Shown one piece after another: positions 1 through 9,394 of a DNA stretch of 64,000 nucleotides (its first letter is position 1; the number at the start of each line of letters is the position of its first letter). The notes below the pieces were generated by a model, which worked only from the letters and a program-made list of their open reading frames with translations, searched no databases and was not told the DNA's origin. The position numbers and the translations under genes are program-made. The stretch is taken from the IMG/VR virus record IMGVR_UViG_3300032401_000001, positions 64,001-128,000 of that record. One strand, 5' to 3'. Source of the stretch: a virus.

Positions 1-57
1 CCCGCGGCGCCGAAGAAGAGCGATCACGACGCAGTCGTCGAGGGTTATCTCGATACG

Positions 58-1110
58 TTGAATGCGATGTACTACGCGACCACGCTGCCGGCGGCACCGG
101 ATCGTCTCGTGTCGCAGCAGGACTACCGCCACATCTATGCCGCTTTGAAAGAGGCACGCATCTACGAGCTCACGTCGACCGATCTTTCACCGGGCCTCAT
201 GCAGCCGGCTTGGCAGTACTTGGCGCAAATAGCCGGTATCGACGGACCACCTGCGGAACATATAAACGAAATTCGGCGAGCAGCAGCCTTGTTGATTCCG
301 CAGATGCCGATGCCTAGTCCTCTACCCTTTCCGTCTATCTACGTCGGTTGGGGACAGGGCTACAGCTATGTCGACGAGACGAATCCCACCGAACGCGTCA
401 TCGGTTGGTTGCTGACCGAAACTGGTGACCTCATCGCATTCAGTTGGCGCCTCGTCGGAGATGCACGGCACTACGAAGTAGCTGCACTTCCATTCCGGCG
501 CCCCGCTGGCTGGAACGTTCGCCCCGAGGATAACCCAGCGGTACCGGAGTACGATTACTGCGACATTCCCTGGATCGCTACCTTGCTCGTCGCTGCGCTC
601 AACGACAAGCAAACCATCGTCCTGCGCCAGGAGAAGACGCCGCTGCGCGAGCGGCTGCAGTTCGAGAAGGCCTCGAAAAAGGCGCGCCAGCGGTTCCTGC
701 CCCGGCCGTACTACACGGTGACCATCCAGGAGCAGGTGGTACAAGACCACGCCCGGAAGCTGCCTCGTCTGGTCATTCCGCGCGAGTGGTCGCATCGCTT
801 CGATCGTGACGCTCACTACCGCCACTTTGTACGACGTGGCCCCCTACCTCTAGGAGACCGCAAACGCCAGGCGTTACAGCAGGTCGGCTTCGCGATCTTC
901 ACCGATCCAGCTGAGGTCACCGGTGAGGCCATGGCCATCCTTATGCGCCGGGGCGTTCCGCAGATGAAGGCCGGCGAGTGGTTGGCCACCAAGAAGACGC
1001 ACGTCGATGCTCAGCTGCAGATCCCGCACGGACGGACAGACCTGCCGTACGTTCCCGCGGTGCGTAAACCCGAAGGACCGTTGATCCCAGATCCGTCGAA
1101 GTCTAAGTGA
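58..1110 (+). CDS. hypothetical protein (350 aa)
   Basis: Long ORF with normal protein composition; no family recognised. Confidence 0.75.
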   Translation: MNAMYYATTLPAAPDRLVSQQDYRHIYAALKEARIYELTSTDLSPGLMQPAWQYLAQIAGIDGPPAEHINEIRRAAALLIPQMPMPSPLPFPSIYVGWGQGYSYVDETNPTERVIGWLLTETGDLIAFSWRLVGDARHYEVAALPFRRPAGWNVRPEDNPAVPEYDYCDIPWIATLLVAALNDKQTIVLRQEKTPLRERLQFEKASKKARQRFLPRPYYTVTIQEQVVQDHARKLPRLVIPREWSHRFDRDAHYRHFVRRGPLPLGDRKRQALQQVGFAIFTDPAEVTGEAMAILMRRGVPQMKAGEWLATKKTHVDAQLQIPHGRTDLPYVPAVRKPEGPLIPDPSKSK

Positions 1111-1337
1111 ATAGGCGGTGGTCAGGGGTAGATCGCTGACTGCCACCTCTCTCGAGTGCCGCTACGCGCGCACGCTGGTGCCACACCAGCACAGCAGGAC
1201 GACCTTGCGGGCACCGGGATCTCGAGACGCTCCGGGCCACCCAGCTCGGCACAAGCGCCGCTGGGCCGCCCGGACGTCTCTGGATCACAGTGCAGAGTTG
1301 CGTGTTCATCGAACACGCCATCGAGGAGAGAGGTACA

Positions 1338-1667
1338 ATGCGGAAGAAGCGCAGCAAGCTGTGCACCACGACGTTCATGCTCGACGTTCACTACGACTCG
1401 AAGCGGATCAACCTAGCGAAGATTGGTGCCGCACTCAATCGGCTAGTCAGCACGTTGGAGTTCGGCGCTGCTGATGTCGATGGGCTCGGGGTCATTGCGG
1501 GTGAAACCAAGACCATCTCGTTGGCACGCTGCCAGGACTGCACGCGGGTCTTCGCCGAGGAGAACCTGGAAGAAATCCGGCACCTCGACACGCGCGTCCA
1601 CCCCGGTGAACCGATGCCCGCTGGACAATGCCCCGCATGCGGAGCGCTGTGCCAGCTGATCACGTGA
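1338..1667 (+). CDS. hypothetical protein with CxxC pairs
   Basis: RBS gaggag before ATG 1338; CQDC and CPAC motifs. Confidence 0.75.
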   Translation: MRKKRSKLCTTTFMLDVHYDSKRINLAKIGAALNRLVSTLEFGAADVDGLGVIAGETKTISLARCQDCTRVFAEENLEEIRHLDTRVHPGEPMPAGQCPACGALCQLIT

Positions 1668-1668
1668 C

Positions 1669-2088
1669 ATGCGCTGCGCCGAGTGTCCGCTGAGCCTGGC
1701 GTGCTGGAGTGGCCACCTCGGCGTCACTCGAGCCCGCCCAGAACTGTGTCCGCGTTGTAAACGCTTCGTCGTAGCAGTAGTCCCCGATGCCGGAGAGATT
1801 GATGAAGGCGTTGGTGGGTTGTGGTACGCCCTGAAGTGCGAACAGCGTCCGTTCGACCGGGCTATGAATCGGCGCTGGCAGCAGCTGATGAAGAAGCAAC
1901 GCGAAGAGATGGCACGAACCCGTCAACAAGCGCACATAATTCCTCGAACGACGGAGGACCCCGTCAACCGGTTGCCCATGGGCTTGGTCCTCGGTGAATG
2001 CGTCATCTGCAGCGGCTGGGTGGCGCGCTGGAACGGCAAGTATATCGACCTCGACGAAGTCGCCCAGGCGGCCTTGGAGGACGCATGA
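1669..2088 (+). CDS. 8-Cys paralogue family member 1
   Basis: MRCAECPLSLACWSG...CPRC...C...CVIC. Confidence 0.8.
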   Translation: MRCAECPLSLACWSGHLGVTRARPELCPRCKRFVVAVVPDAGEIDEGVGGLWYALKCEQRPFDRAMNRRWQQLMKKQREEMARTRQQAHIIPRTTEDPVNRLPMGLVLGECVICSGWVARWNGKYIDLDEVAQAALEDA

Positions 2089-2273
2089 AGAAGGACATCT
2101 CGGTGAAAGGTGAGACATACCAACGCCTGCAACGTGAAGCCAAGCAGCGGGGGGTCAGCGTCACCGCGCTCGTGGCGGACATCGTGCATCGCTTCTTCCA
2201 CGGCGGCGCGGCCCCGAAGGTATCGAAGAAGGCACCGGCGTCCTCGCCGCCGGCGATGCCGACGACGTTCTGA
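2085..2273 (+). CDS. ribbon-helix-helix DNA-binding protein
   Basis: MKKDISVKGETYQRLQREAKQRGVSVTALVADIV: beta-alpha-alpha RHH pattern. Confidence 0.7.
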   Translation: MKKDISVKGETYQRLQREAKQRGVSVTALVADIVHRFFHGGAAPKVSKKAPASSPPAMPTTF

Positions 2274-2578
2274 TGATCGCGCTCCGCACCGCGGCTGACT
2301 GCCAGTACTGCCCCTACTCGCTGATCTGCCTCGGTGAAGCGTGGACGCCATCGATGCGCCGTGAAGCGCGACTGCGCCAGTGCATGAGCTGCCACGCCAT
2401 GTTCTTCAACGTCGGCCACCGGACGTACATCTGCGGAGTTTTTCGGCAGCGCAACACTGAGGTGCAGCACGTGTACATCACTACGCAGCGGTGTCATGGT
2501 CGTCGTAGTGACGGTCGGATATACGCCGAGAACTGCTTCGAGCTCTATCAGAACCACCTAGAGAAACCCCACTCCTAG
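2273..2578 (+). CDS. 8-Cys paralogue family member 2
   Basis: DCQYCPYSLICLG...CMSC; C-terminal cysteines diverged. Confidence 0.75.
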   Translation: MIALRTAADCQYCPYSLICLGEAWTPSMRREARLRQCMSCHAMFFNVGHRTYICGVFRQRNTEVQHVYITTQRCHGRRSDGRIYAENCFELYQNHLEKPHS

Positions 2579-2593
2579 AGAAGGAAACCCCCG

Positions 2594-2896
2594 ATGATCG
2601 CATTCAACATTGACCTCGGCAAACTGCGTGGCTTCTCGCACGACCCGTTGGCCTTCATGACGGGCTTCGTGCACGGCTACCGAGAAGGCACGGAGAAGCC
2701 GGGCAACACGGTCGATCAGACCCTCGACAAGGACGAACCCCCGGTAACGCTCGACAGCCAAGGACAGATCTTGGCCAAGGAGTACCTCCGCGGCCGCCGA
2801 CTGGGTGTCGCGGTCCTGGAGAAGCGGCGCCCGATGCCGAAGTGGGCGCACCCCAGCAACGGCACCGGTGGAAAGGGCAAGACCCGATGCCTGTGA
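2594..2896 (+). CDS. hypothetical protein
   Basis: RBS aagga, coding-like composition. Confidence 0.7.
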   Translation: MIAFNIDLGKLRGFSHDPLAFMTGFVHGYREGTEKPGNTVDQTLDKDEPPVTLDSQGQILAKEYLRGRRLGVAVLEKRRPMPKWAHPSNGTGGKGKTRCL

Positions 2897-3081
2897 GCTA
2901 CGTTGGGATTCGTGCCGGCCGAACCTTCGAAACATGGCTCGAAGAAGTTCACCGTCATCTCAGTGAAAAGCTTACTGAAGCAGACGTGACGAAGCTCCTT
3001 GCTCGTCAACCTCTGTGGGACTACTGGAGTAGCCAGTATTCTCCTAGTGATGCTGCTGACGACATGACGCCGGAGGAGTGA
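2887..3081 (+). CDS. hypothetical protein
   Basis: Overlaps the previous stop; start ATG 2887 or GTG 2893. Confidence 0.6.
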   Translation: MPVSYVGIRAGRTFETWLEEVHRHLSEKLTEADVTKLLARQPLWDYWSSQYSPSDAADDMTPEE

Positions 3082-3082
3082 C

Positions 3083-3502
3083 ATGCCGAAGCCGAAGAAA
3101 GCGACGCCGTTTCGTCTCACCCTCGATGTCGACGTGGAACTGAATGGCCTGAAGCCGGCCGACATGCTCGCCGAACTGGAAGCGGCCGCGAAACACCTCT
3201 TCGACGAAGGCCTCATCACCAACGAAACACCGGCGGAGGTCACGCGCTGGACCACCGCAGTCGTTGCTGATCCGCCCCACGAGTTGGCGCCATTGCTGGA
3301 GTACGCACGGGCACTCGAAGCTCTCGAAGAATTCGTCGACACTGTCAACGCCACGGGCGGTGTCTTCATTGACCGTAAGGGACTGACCTGTCCCCGTGGC
3401 GACGAAGAGTGGTGTGATTTGGGCACCGCGTACCTCAAGGCTTGCACCATGCTGAAACGCAGACCCAAGCTCGATCGGAGCTACCATGGCGAGACTCCGT
3501 AG
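3083..3502 (+). CDS. hypothetical protein
   Basis: RBS ggagga, strong GC3 bias. Confidence 0.75.
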   Translation: MPKPKKATPFRLTLDVDVELNGLKPADMLAELEAAAKHLFDEGLITNETPAEVTRWTTAVVADPPHELAPLLEYARALEALEEFVDTVNATGGVFIDRKGLTCPRGDEEWCDLGTAYLKACTMLKRRPKLDRSYHGETP

Positions 3503-3755
3503 CGACTACGAACTCATCGAGCTCATGCAGACCAAGATGTTCTTCGTCGAAGATGAGACGCTGAGCACCGCTGAGAAGAAGCTCGAGCGCATCCACTACT
3601 TCATCGACGCCTACAACGACACCAACCAGGACACCGTCGAGTTCGCCCCAGAGCTGAAGATCGTCGTCGAGCGCATCCTCGACGGTAAGCGCCCGGTGAA
3701 GCTGCACTACCTCACGGACTTCGAAGGAGAAGCTGAGCCCGCCACTCCGCCATGA
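3486..3755 (+). CDS. hypothetical protein
   Basis: Overlapping operon gene, strong GC3 bias. Confidence 0.75.
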   Translation: MARLRSDYELIELMQTKMFFVEDETLSTAEKKLERIHYFIDAYNDTNQDTVEFAPELKIVVERILDGKRPVKLHYLTDFEGEAEPATPP

Positions 3756-4093
3756 CCTGCGAGACCTGCCCCGACACCATTCTGTGCTGGCAGAATCAAC
3801 TTCGTCGACGGCAGTGCTGGTACTGCAAGCGCTGGGAAGTGGCGTCCTACGATCAGCCGTGGGCTAAGATCGCCGACCGACTCAGTAGCACCACGGCGAG
3901 CGTAATCGCAGCTCACCGGCACATCCACGTCCGCGCTTGCCCTGACGCGGTCGGTGCTTCACGTAGTCTAGTAGAAGGTGACCCGTCGAGGTTCTATAAG
4001 ATGGGTACCATCTGTAGCGCGTGTCGCCGGAAGTACCGCTACACCTCGCGCGGTGAGATAGCGCACGCAGCCACGTACGTCTACGACGACTGA
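3752..4093 (+). CDS. 8-Cys paralogue family member 3
   Basis: MTCETCPDTILCW...CWYC...C...CSAC. Confidence 0.8.
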   Translation: MTCETCPDTILCWQNQLRRRQCWYCKRWEVASYDQPWAKIADRLSSTTASVIAAHRHIHVRACPDAVGASRSLVEGDPSRFYKMGTICSACRRKYRYTSRGEIAHAATYVYDD

Positions 4094-4102
4094 GGAGGTC
4101 TC

Positions 4103-4291
4103 ATGAAGCTCAGGCGCACCCTCCCTCCCACCGTGATGGCGCAGATGCGCCGGGACGGAGCGACGCTGGCGGAGATTGCCGCAGTCGCACACATAGGTAG
4201 AGAACGAGTTCGCCAGCTGGTGAATCTCGTAAGGAGGCGCGGTTCACGCGCCTCCCATCGTTTCGATCCCAGAGCCAAGGTGTCGCGATGA
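4103..4291 (+). CDS. small HTH DNA-binding protein (sigma4-like)
   Basis: GATLAEIAAVAHIGRERVRQLV helix-turn-helix. Confidence 0.75.
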   Translation: MKLRRTLPPTVMAQMRRDGATLAEIAAVAHIGRERVRQLVNLVRRRGSRASHRFDPRAKVSR

Positions 4292-4560
4292 AGATGAAGC
4301 TCGCCGTCCTACTCTTCAACCACAGCGCCGGAACCGACGTGCTAGTGCACCCGGTACCTGACGCTTGGACCTCTGACCAAGCGATTGCCTACGCCCGCTG
4401 CGAGCTCGAAGAGCAGTACGGCAAGGACGACATCGCTTACACGCTGCAACACCACGGCGACATCGAACACCGGCTCTTCCTCGACGAGAAGGGCTACTGT
4501 GCCTTCAACCATGCCGACGGATTGAGCGAGAAGTTCAGCGTTCAACTGGTGCCACGATGA
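4288..4560 (+). CDS. hypothetical protein
   Basis: ATGA overlap, coding bias. Confidence 0.7.
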   Translation: MKMKLAVLLFNHSAGTDVLVHPVPDAWTSDQAIAYARCELEEQYGKDDIAYTLQHHGDIEHRLFLDEKGYCAFNHADGLSEKFSVQLVPR

Positions 4561-4889
4561 AGACCAAGCGGCGCAAACGACGCAAGCCACTGACGTTTCT
4601 TCAAATCGACGATCTGCGTCACGACATCCTCAAGTGCGTGCACGCGGCGCTCGATCCCGACGACGCTGAGGAGTGGCTGACGGAGTACCTCGAGCCCCTG
4701 GTGCAGGAACGAGCCGAAGTGGAGATCGAGAATGTCAACATCGCGGGTCCCGAAGCGCAGCTCGAGTACCTCCTCAAAGGGTACAACGGGCCGCAGTTCG
4801 AGAAGATCTTCAAAGACCTCCGGCGGGAGCTCCATACCAACCCTGCGCAGAAGCCCGACCCGGCGCGACCCGTACGAGGTCATGGCTGA
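4557..4889 (+). CDS. hypothetical protein
   Basis: ATGA overlap, coding bias. Confidence 0.75.
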   Translation: MKTKRRKRRKPLTFLQIDDLRHDILKCVHAALDPDDAEEWLTEYLEPLVQERAEVEIENVNIAGPEAQLEYLLKGYNGPQFEKIFKDLRRELHTNPAQKPDPARPVRGHG

Positions 4890-5037
4890 GCTGTCGCGGC
4901 CCCAGCTGCACGATCTCGTGCGTGAGATCTACGACCTGCTGTGGATTCCTCCCGCCAACGACTGGAACCCTGACACCGTCGACGAAATCGGCCAAGCGCT
5001 GATCAAGCGGGGCATCCATCCGCGCGAGGACCACTGA
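4882..5037 (+). CDS. small hypothetical protein
   Basis: RBS gagg, MAELSRPQLHDLVREIYDLL. Confidence 0.65.
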   Translation: MAELSRPQLHDLVREIYDLLWIPPANDWNPDTVDEIGQALIKRGIHPREDH

Positions 5038-5038
5038 C

Positions 5039-5389
5039 ATGGCGCGGGTAGTGCGCTGCCAGGGCTGCCCGGGGCTGTGCTGCAAGGCTTTCGACGCCAT
5101 CGTGCTCGCACCTGGAGATGCGTCGCGCCTGGCCAAGTTCCTGAAGTTGTCGATGCGGGTCTTCGACCACCGCTACCTCGAGCATGAAACCCCGTTCAGT
5201 TTGCTCACCCGAATCATCGATGGTTGGGGACAAGATGGACCGCGCACGTTCATCCAGATCAGCCGCATCGCGTGTCCGTTCTTGCTGCCAACAGGGCGTT
5301 GCCGCGTCTACGCGGCGCGGCCGCGGGCCTGCCGCGTCTTCAAGCCTGGCAACCACTATTGCCGCCAACTGCGAAGGGAGCGTACGTAA
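5039..5389 (+). CDS. YkgJ-family cysteine cluster protein (putative Zn/Fe-chelating)
   Basis: CQGCPGLCC ... CPFL..TGRCRVYAARPRACRVF signature. Confidence 0.85.
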   Translation: MARVVRCQGCPGLCCKAFDAIVLAPGDASRLAKFLKLSMRVFDHRYLEHETPFSLLTRIIDGWGQDGPRTFIQISRIACPFLLPTGRCRVYAARPRACRVFKPGNHYCRQLRRERT

Positions 5390-5814
5390 TGGGACGCGAT
5401 ATGCTGATCTCGTTCGTCGAGATCGAACACGACAAGAAGCCGAACTTCAAGAAGGCCGCCGCGGTCCTGAAGAAGCTCGACGCTGAAACGTTGCAACACG
5501 CCATCGAGATAGCTACGGGCAACGAACACTGTGAAGCCCAAGATGCGCGCAACCGCATCGAGAAAGCGCTCGAAAACACCGTGGCGGGTTGGAACGACAA
5601 CTTGCGCATGATGGTCAAGTGCCGCGGCCTCGCCACGACATTGCTCATCGCTGCTGACGGCAGCTGGGGCGATTCTGTCGAGGAGTGCGACGACCTCAAT
5701 CTCTTCGCCGAGAGCGGGTTGGCCGAGGCCGCGGGGTTCCTGACCAAGCCCGTCAAGATCATCGTGCCCAAGCCCAAACCCTGGAAGAAGAAGGCGAAGG
5801 TGAAGCGTGGGTAG
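5389..5814 (+). CDS. hypothetical protein
   Basis: TAATG overlap; MGRDMLISFVEIE. Confidence 0.75.
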   Translation: MGRDMLISFVEIEHDKKPNFKKAAAVLKKLDAETLQHAIEIATGNEHCEAQDARNRIEKALENTVAGWNDNLRMMVKCRGLATTLLIAADGSWGDSVEECDDLNLFAESGLAEAAGFLTKPVKIIVPKPKPWKKKAKVKRG

Positions 5815-6166
5815 CATCAGCCGTGGCAACCGCTGCGAGCGGTTCATCAAGGAGTTCAACGATGACGTCGTCAAGTTCTACGACGTCCCGGTCGCCGATG
5901 GCGGTCCCTTCGTTTCGGTGGGGCTGGGCGTCCACGATGTCTTCGAGCAGGTGTTCCTCTACGTGACCGTGAAATTGCCCAGCGGCGAGTACGAGCTCAT
6001 GTTCGACGACATCCTCTTCGACCCGGAAGGCCCGTGTGTGCGGGACCTCGTCGAGAGTGTCAAGCCGTACTGCCATGACGACGCCAGTGAGGCGCGCCAG
6101 CGCCTCGTGAAAGCGGAGCTGATCGATGCCGAAGAAGCCGAAGACGACGCCAAAGAAGACCCCTAG
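5807..6166 (+). CDS. hypothetical protein
   Basis: Operon gene, coding bias. Confidence 0.7.
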   Translation: MGSISRGNRCERFIKEFNDDVVKFYDVPVADGGPFVSVGLGVHDVFEQVFLYVTVKLPSGEYELMFDDILFDPEGPCVRDLVESVKPYCHDDASEARQRLVKAELIDAEEAEDDAKEDP

Positions 6167-6449
6167 CGTGACGAAGCCCAAGAAGAAACGTCGACCACGC
6201 GCCCAAGACACGCTGCAGCTACCGGTCTGGAAGACGGTCTACAAGTTCACCGTCTACAGCAACGTGCAGATCTCGGGACAAGCCAACCTCAGCCGTGTCA
6301 TCGAAGAGACACAGAGTGGCGACCTCATCGGTGAGGAGGAGCTGATCGAGTCGAAGACCATCGACCCGCGCTGCGTGCGGCGGGCACTCATCAAGATCGG
6401 CAACGACGGCACGTTCTTCGATCGCGAGCCCGACGAAGAGGACCGCTGA
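6126..6449 (+). CDS. hypothetical protein
   Basis: Lys-rich N-terminus, coding bias. Confidence 0.7.
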   Translation: MPKKPKTTPKKTPSVTKPKKKRRPRAQDTLQLPVWKTVYKFTVYSNVQISGQANLSRVIEETQSGDLIGEEELIESKTIDPRCVRRALIKIGNDGTFFDREPDEEDR

Positions 6450-6643
6450 TGCCCTGCGAAGCGGTCATCGACCTGCGACGACCCGTCCGCTCCGAGAAGC
6501 GGCGGGGCTTCCAGCCGCCTTGGTACACCGTGTACGTCTACCAGTGCCCCACCTGCCAGCGTGAAGTCACGGTGCGCGCCGGCAGCTTCCGGGGCCGCCG
6601 GCCGGAGCCCGGCGTCGGCGGCATTCGCTGCGGCGGACCATGA
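6449..6643 (+). CDS. small Zn-ribbon-like protein
   Basis: TGATG overlap; YQCPTC motif. Confidence 0.65.
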   Translation: MPCEAVIDLRRPVRSEKRRGFQPPWYTVYVYQCPTCQREVTVRAGSFRGRRPEPGVGGIRCGGP

Positions 6644-7065
6644 TCTGCGAGAAGTGCCCAGTCGCCCTGCTGTGCTTCGCCGACACGCTCGACGTGCGCT
6701 ACTGCACCCGCTGCAAAGGCCTGGTCTGCGGCGTCCCCAGCGACGATGAACGTGGCGTCAATCTATACTTGCGCATCATCGTGACGGTGCGCTGCACGCA
6801 GTACCATCTCGTACACCCCGACAAAGTTCGCCGGACGGCGCCAGCGATGACCAACTTCGACGGCTGTATCCGCTGCGATCCCATTGGTCACGCAAACACC
6901 GCGGAATTCTCACGCAGCGTCGATCACTACCACCACGGGCGTGACGGCAGCGTCTTGGGCTTCTCGCACGCCAAGTGGTGCAAGCGCGAGCGCTGGTGGT
7001 TGTACCGTGACAGCGATGAAGCGTCGCTGGGCTTCTACCTGCCCCGGCCGGTAGAGGCGCCATGA
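6640..7065 (+). CDS. 8-Cys paralogue family member 4
   Basis: MICEKCPVALLCFA...CTRC...C...CIRC. Confidence 0.8.
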   Translation: MICEKCPVALLCFADTLDVRYCTRCKGLVCGVPSDDERGVNLYLRIIVTVRCTQYHLVHPDKVRRTAPAMTNFDGCIRCDPIGHANTAEFSRSVDHYHHGRDGSVLGFSHAKWCKRERWWLYRDSDEASLGFYLPRPVEAP

Positions 7066-7292
7066 ACGACTGTGGCACCTGTCCGGCGGCGTTGTTGTGC
7101 CTGGCAAGCGACTACATCCACACCAGCTGTCAACAGTGTGGTTGCGGGGTGCATATTGACCCCTACTGCGACACGGTACTGCTTGTGCGAGAAGCGTGCT
7201 GCCAAACGCTGATAGGACGCTGGGTCTGGGGTCCTTGCTGCAGCACGAATCCCGCGTGGCAGCGCTGGAAGGTCATCGATGCCCGCACCTGA
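7062..7292 (+). CDS. 8-Cys paralogue family member 5 (short)
   Basis: MNDCGTCPAALLCLA...CQQC. Confidence 0.75.
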   Translation: MNDCGTCPAALLCLASDYIHTSCQQCGCGVHIDPYCDTVLLVREACCQTLIGRWVWGPCCSTNPAWQRWKVIDART

Positions 7293-7722
7293 GCCGAAGA
7301 ACGACTGCGGCACCTGTCCCTGGTCGCTGCTCTGTCTCGGCGACGGGTTGCTCTTCAATCGCTGCCATAACTGCCTGCGCGTCTTCCTGATGGATGGCAC
7401 CGCCCGTGCAGTATACTATCCCCCTTACGACGATCGGAACCTACTCCACAATGAAGACACGATCGAAGGTCTCGCGTACAGCTGTCCGGCGTGCCTCCCG
7501 GAGAAGTGGCTCGGCTGGCAAGTCGGCTGTGACTTCCAAGAAACGCCCGGCCTCGCGCAGCGCCGTGAAGCAGCCAGTTTCTGGGCGGGGTACCGCAAAG
7601 GTGAAGACCTCCTACGACTTTGCCGGCCTGGCGGAGAAGCTCGAAGCGCTGTCGCTGTGCTGGCATCTCCCGGCGCCGGATGCTCCAGCGCAGCTGGTGG
7701 CGCCCAGCGGACTCGAAGCTGA
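7279..7722 (+). CDS. 8-Cys paralogue family member 6
   Basis: NDCGTCPWSLLCLG...CHNC...CPAC; 3' end overlaps the next gene. Confidence 0.75.
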   Translation: MPAPEPKNDCGTCPWSLLCLGDGLLFNRCHNCLRVFLMDGTARAVYYPPYDDRNLLHNEDTIEGLAYSCPACLPEKWLGWQVGCDFQETPGLAQRREAASFWAGYRKGEDLLRLCRPGGEARSAVAVLASPGAGCSSAAGGAQRTRS

Positions 7723-7996
7723 AATCGTCAATAGCGGCGGCAACGCCTTACTGGCGCTCCTGGCCGATGGCGTCACGAATCGGCTGCGGCGCGCCGGGGT
7801 AAAGCGCAGCCACTGGATGGGCTACCTCGTGGCCAAGGCGTTGATCAACCTGGCGCTGGGCATCGCCCAGAGCGATCACATCCCCCGTGAAGTGGTGACC
7901 GGCATCTTCGCCCACGCCCTCGACGAGATCGAGTTGCCGTACCTGCGGCAGGTCATGCAGCCGCTGGGCAGCCCCCGCCAGCGCGACCGCAACTAG
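7601..7996 (+). CDS. hypothetical helical protein
   Basis: GTG 7601 after aaagg; amphipathic helices. Confidence 0.6.
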   Translation: MKTSYDFAGLAEKLEALSLCWHLPAPDAPAQLVAPSGLEAEIVNSGGNALLALLADGVTNRLRRAGVKRSHWMGYLVAKALINLALGIAQSDHIPREVVTGIFAHALDEIELPYLRQVMQPLGSPRQRDRN

Positions 7997-8020
7997 CTCC
8001 TCCTTTCCGGTATCAGGAAG
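7988..8020 (+). promoter_or_regulatory. phage promoter motif (CGCAAC-17 nt-TATCAG)
   Basis: Matches the recurrent ...CGG-TAYMAG-RA motif found ahead of several operon starts. Confidence 0.55.
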
Positions 8021-8069
8021 TGTGACGCGGCCCTCTCTCCCAACCCGCGCCACCGGAAAGGAGTGGTCT

Positions 8070-8429
8070 ATGGACGCAGCACTCAGCAACATGTTGGCGG
8101 CGCTCGCCGTTATGTTTCCCCAACTGCGCGTCGTTCATCTCTGCAACATTCTCGAGGCGTGTGGGGTCACGCTGGAGAAGGTGGCAACGCGGCTCGACTT
8201 CGTTTGTAAGACCGATCAGGGTGACGAACCGCAGTTGACGGTGCGTAACGCGTCCGGTTACACCGCTACCATCAAACTGGACCACTGGTCTGAGGCCAAT
8301 GATGGTGGCGGCATTCGGGCCAAATACTACAACATCATGGAGTTTCCTCGGCACCACGGTTGGTCAGCGCCAGATGGATTGGTGTTGATGAGAGCCATCG
8401 ACACGCTACTGCACCCGGACGGGCAGTGA
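8070..8429 (+). CDS. hypothetical protein
   Basis: RBS aaggag before ATG 8070. Confidence 0.7.
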   Translation: MDAALSNMLAALAVMFPQLRVVHLCNILEACGVTLEKVATRLDFVCKTDQGDEPQLTVRNASGYTATIKLDHWSEANDGGGIRAKYYNIMEFPRHHGWSAPDGLVLMRAIDTLLHPDGQ

Positions 8430-8566
8430 TGCGCCTCTCCTACCTGATGCTGCTGTGGGTGCTGGTCGTGGCCGCCGTGTTCTGCGCGGCTGAGCCCATC
8501 CCCACCAAGAACGTCTCCCCGCCGACCACCGTGGCGTCATGCCACGGTCTCACCTGCACTGGTTGA
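8429..8566 (+). CDS. small secreted/membrane peptide
   Basis: Hydrophobic N-terminal signal-like stretch. Confidence 0.5.
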   Translation: MRLSYLMLLWVLVVAAVFCAAEPIPTKNVSPPTTVASCHGLTCTG

Positions 8567-8580
8567 AAGGAGAATCGTAC

Positions 8581-9387
8581 ATGCGCAACAACTACGTCCT
8601 GCTGCTCATGGTCATCCTCTTCGCCAACTGCGGTGGCGAAACCGCAGGTGGCTCTCCCGACACCGACGCGGGCACCTCTACCCGCGATGGTGGCAGCGTC
8701 GTCACCTGCAACGACACCGACTGCATCTGCGTCGGTGACCCCGGTCCGACGGGACCGGCAGGACCGGCGGGACCGACGGGACCGACGGGTCCCCAAGGAC
8801 CCGTCGGTCTCAACGGCGCCACCGGCGCTACCGGCGCCCAAGGGTTGCAAGGACCCGCAGGGGCTACGGGCGCCACCGGTGCTCAGGGACCGCAAGGCCC
8901 CATCGGCCTCACCGGTGCCCAGGGCGCCCAGGGTGCCCAGGGGGTGCAAGGCCCCAAGGGTGACACCGGCGCTGCCGGGGCCACCGGCGCCACCGGCGTC
9001 ACCGGCGCCCAGGGATCACAGGGACCGACGGGACCGCTGGGACCGACGGGTCCCCAAGGACCCGTCGGTCTCACTGGCCCGGGGTTCTCGCGCGATGACA
9101 TCTACCACGCGCCGCTGACCGGGGGCTGCGTCGACATCCCGGCCAGTGGCACTGGTCCGGGCACCATCACCCTGCAGTGCCTCAACGCCGCTGACCTGAT
9201 GGTCGGTTGCAGCTGCGTGGTCTTCCCGCCCAGCGGTTCCGACTACCGCAACGTCATGCTGACCAAGAGCGGGTTCGAGAACCCGCCCAACACCGCGCAG
9301 AAAGCGTGGTGCCAGTGCCAAGCCTACAACTACTGGTCGCAGCCCGGTCGGGTGTGCGCCAGCGCACAGTGCGCTGTGCTCCCGTGA
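8581..9387 (+). CDS. collagen-like (Gly-X-Y) lipoprotein with Cys-rich C-terminal domain
   Basis: Signal peptide ending LFANC, about 38 uninterrupted G-X-Y triplets, 8-Cys C-terminal domain; RBS aaggag. Confidence 0.88.
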   Translation: MRNNYVLLLMVILFANCGGETAGGSPDTDAGTSTRDGGSVVTCNDTDCICVGDPGPTGPAGPAGPTGPTGPQGPVGLNGATGATGAQGLQGPAGATGATGAQGPQGPIGLTGAQGAQGAQGVQGPKGDTGAAGATGATGVTGAQGSQGPTGPLGPTGPQGPVGLTGPGFSRDDIYHAPLTGGCVDIPASGTGPGTITLQCLNAADLMVGCSCVVFPPSGSDYRNVMLTKSGFENPPNTAQKAWCQCQAYNYWSQPGRVCASAQCAVLP

Positions 9388-9394
9388 AGTGACG

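Noticed and set aside
7394-7600. N-terminal extension of the 200-aa ORF 7394..7996
   Set aside because: It lies inside Cys family member 6 in another frame; a GTG with RBS at 7601 is the better start
8778-9073. 35-nt direct repeat as a mobile or regulatory element
   Set aside because: Explained by internal duplication within the collagen-coding repeats
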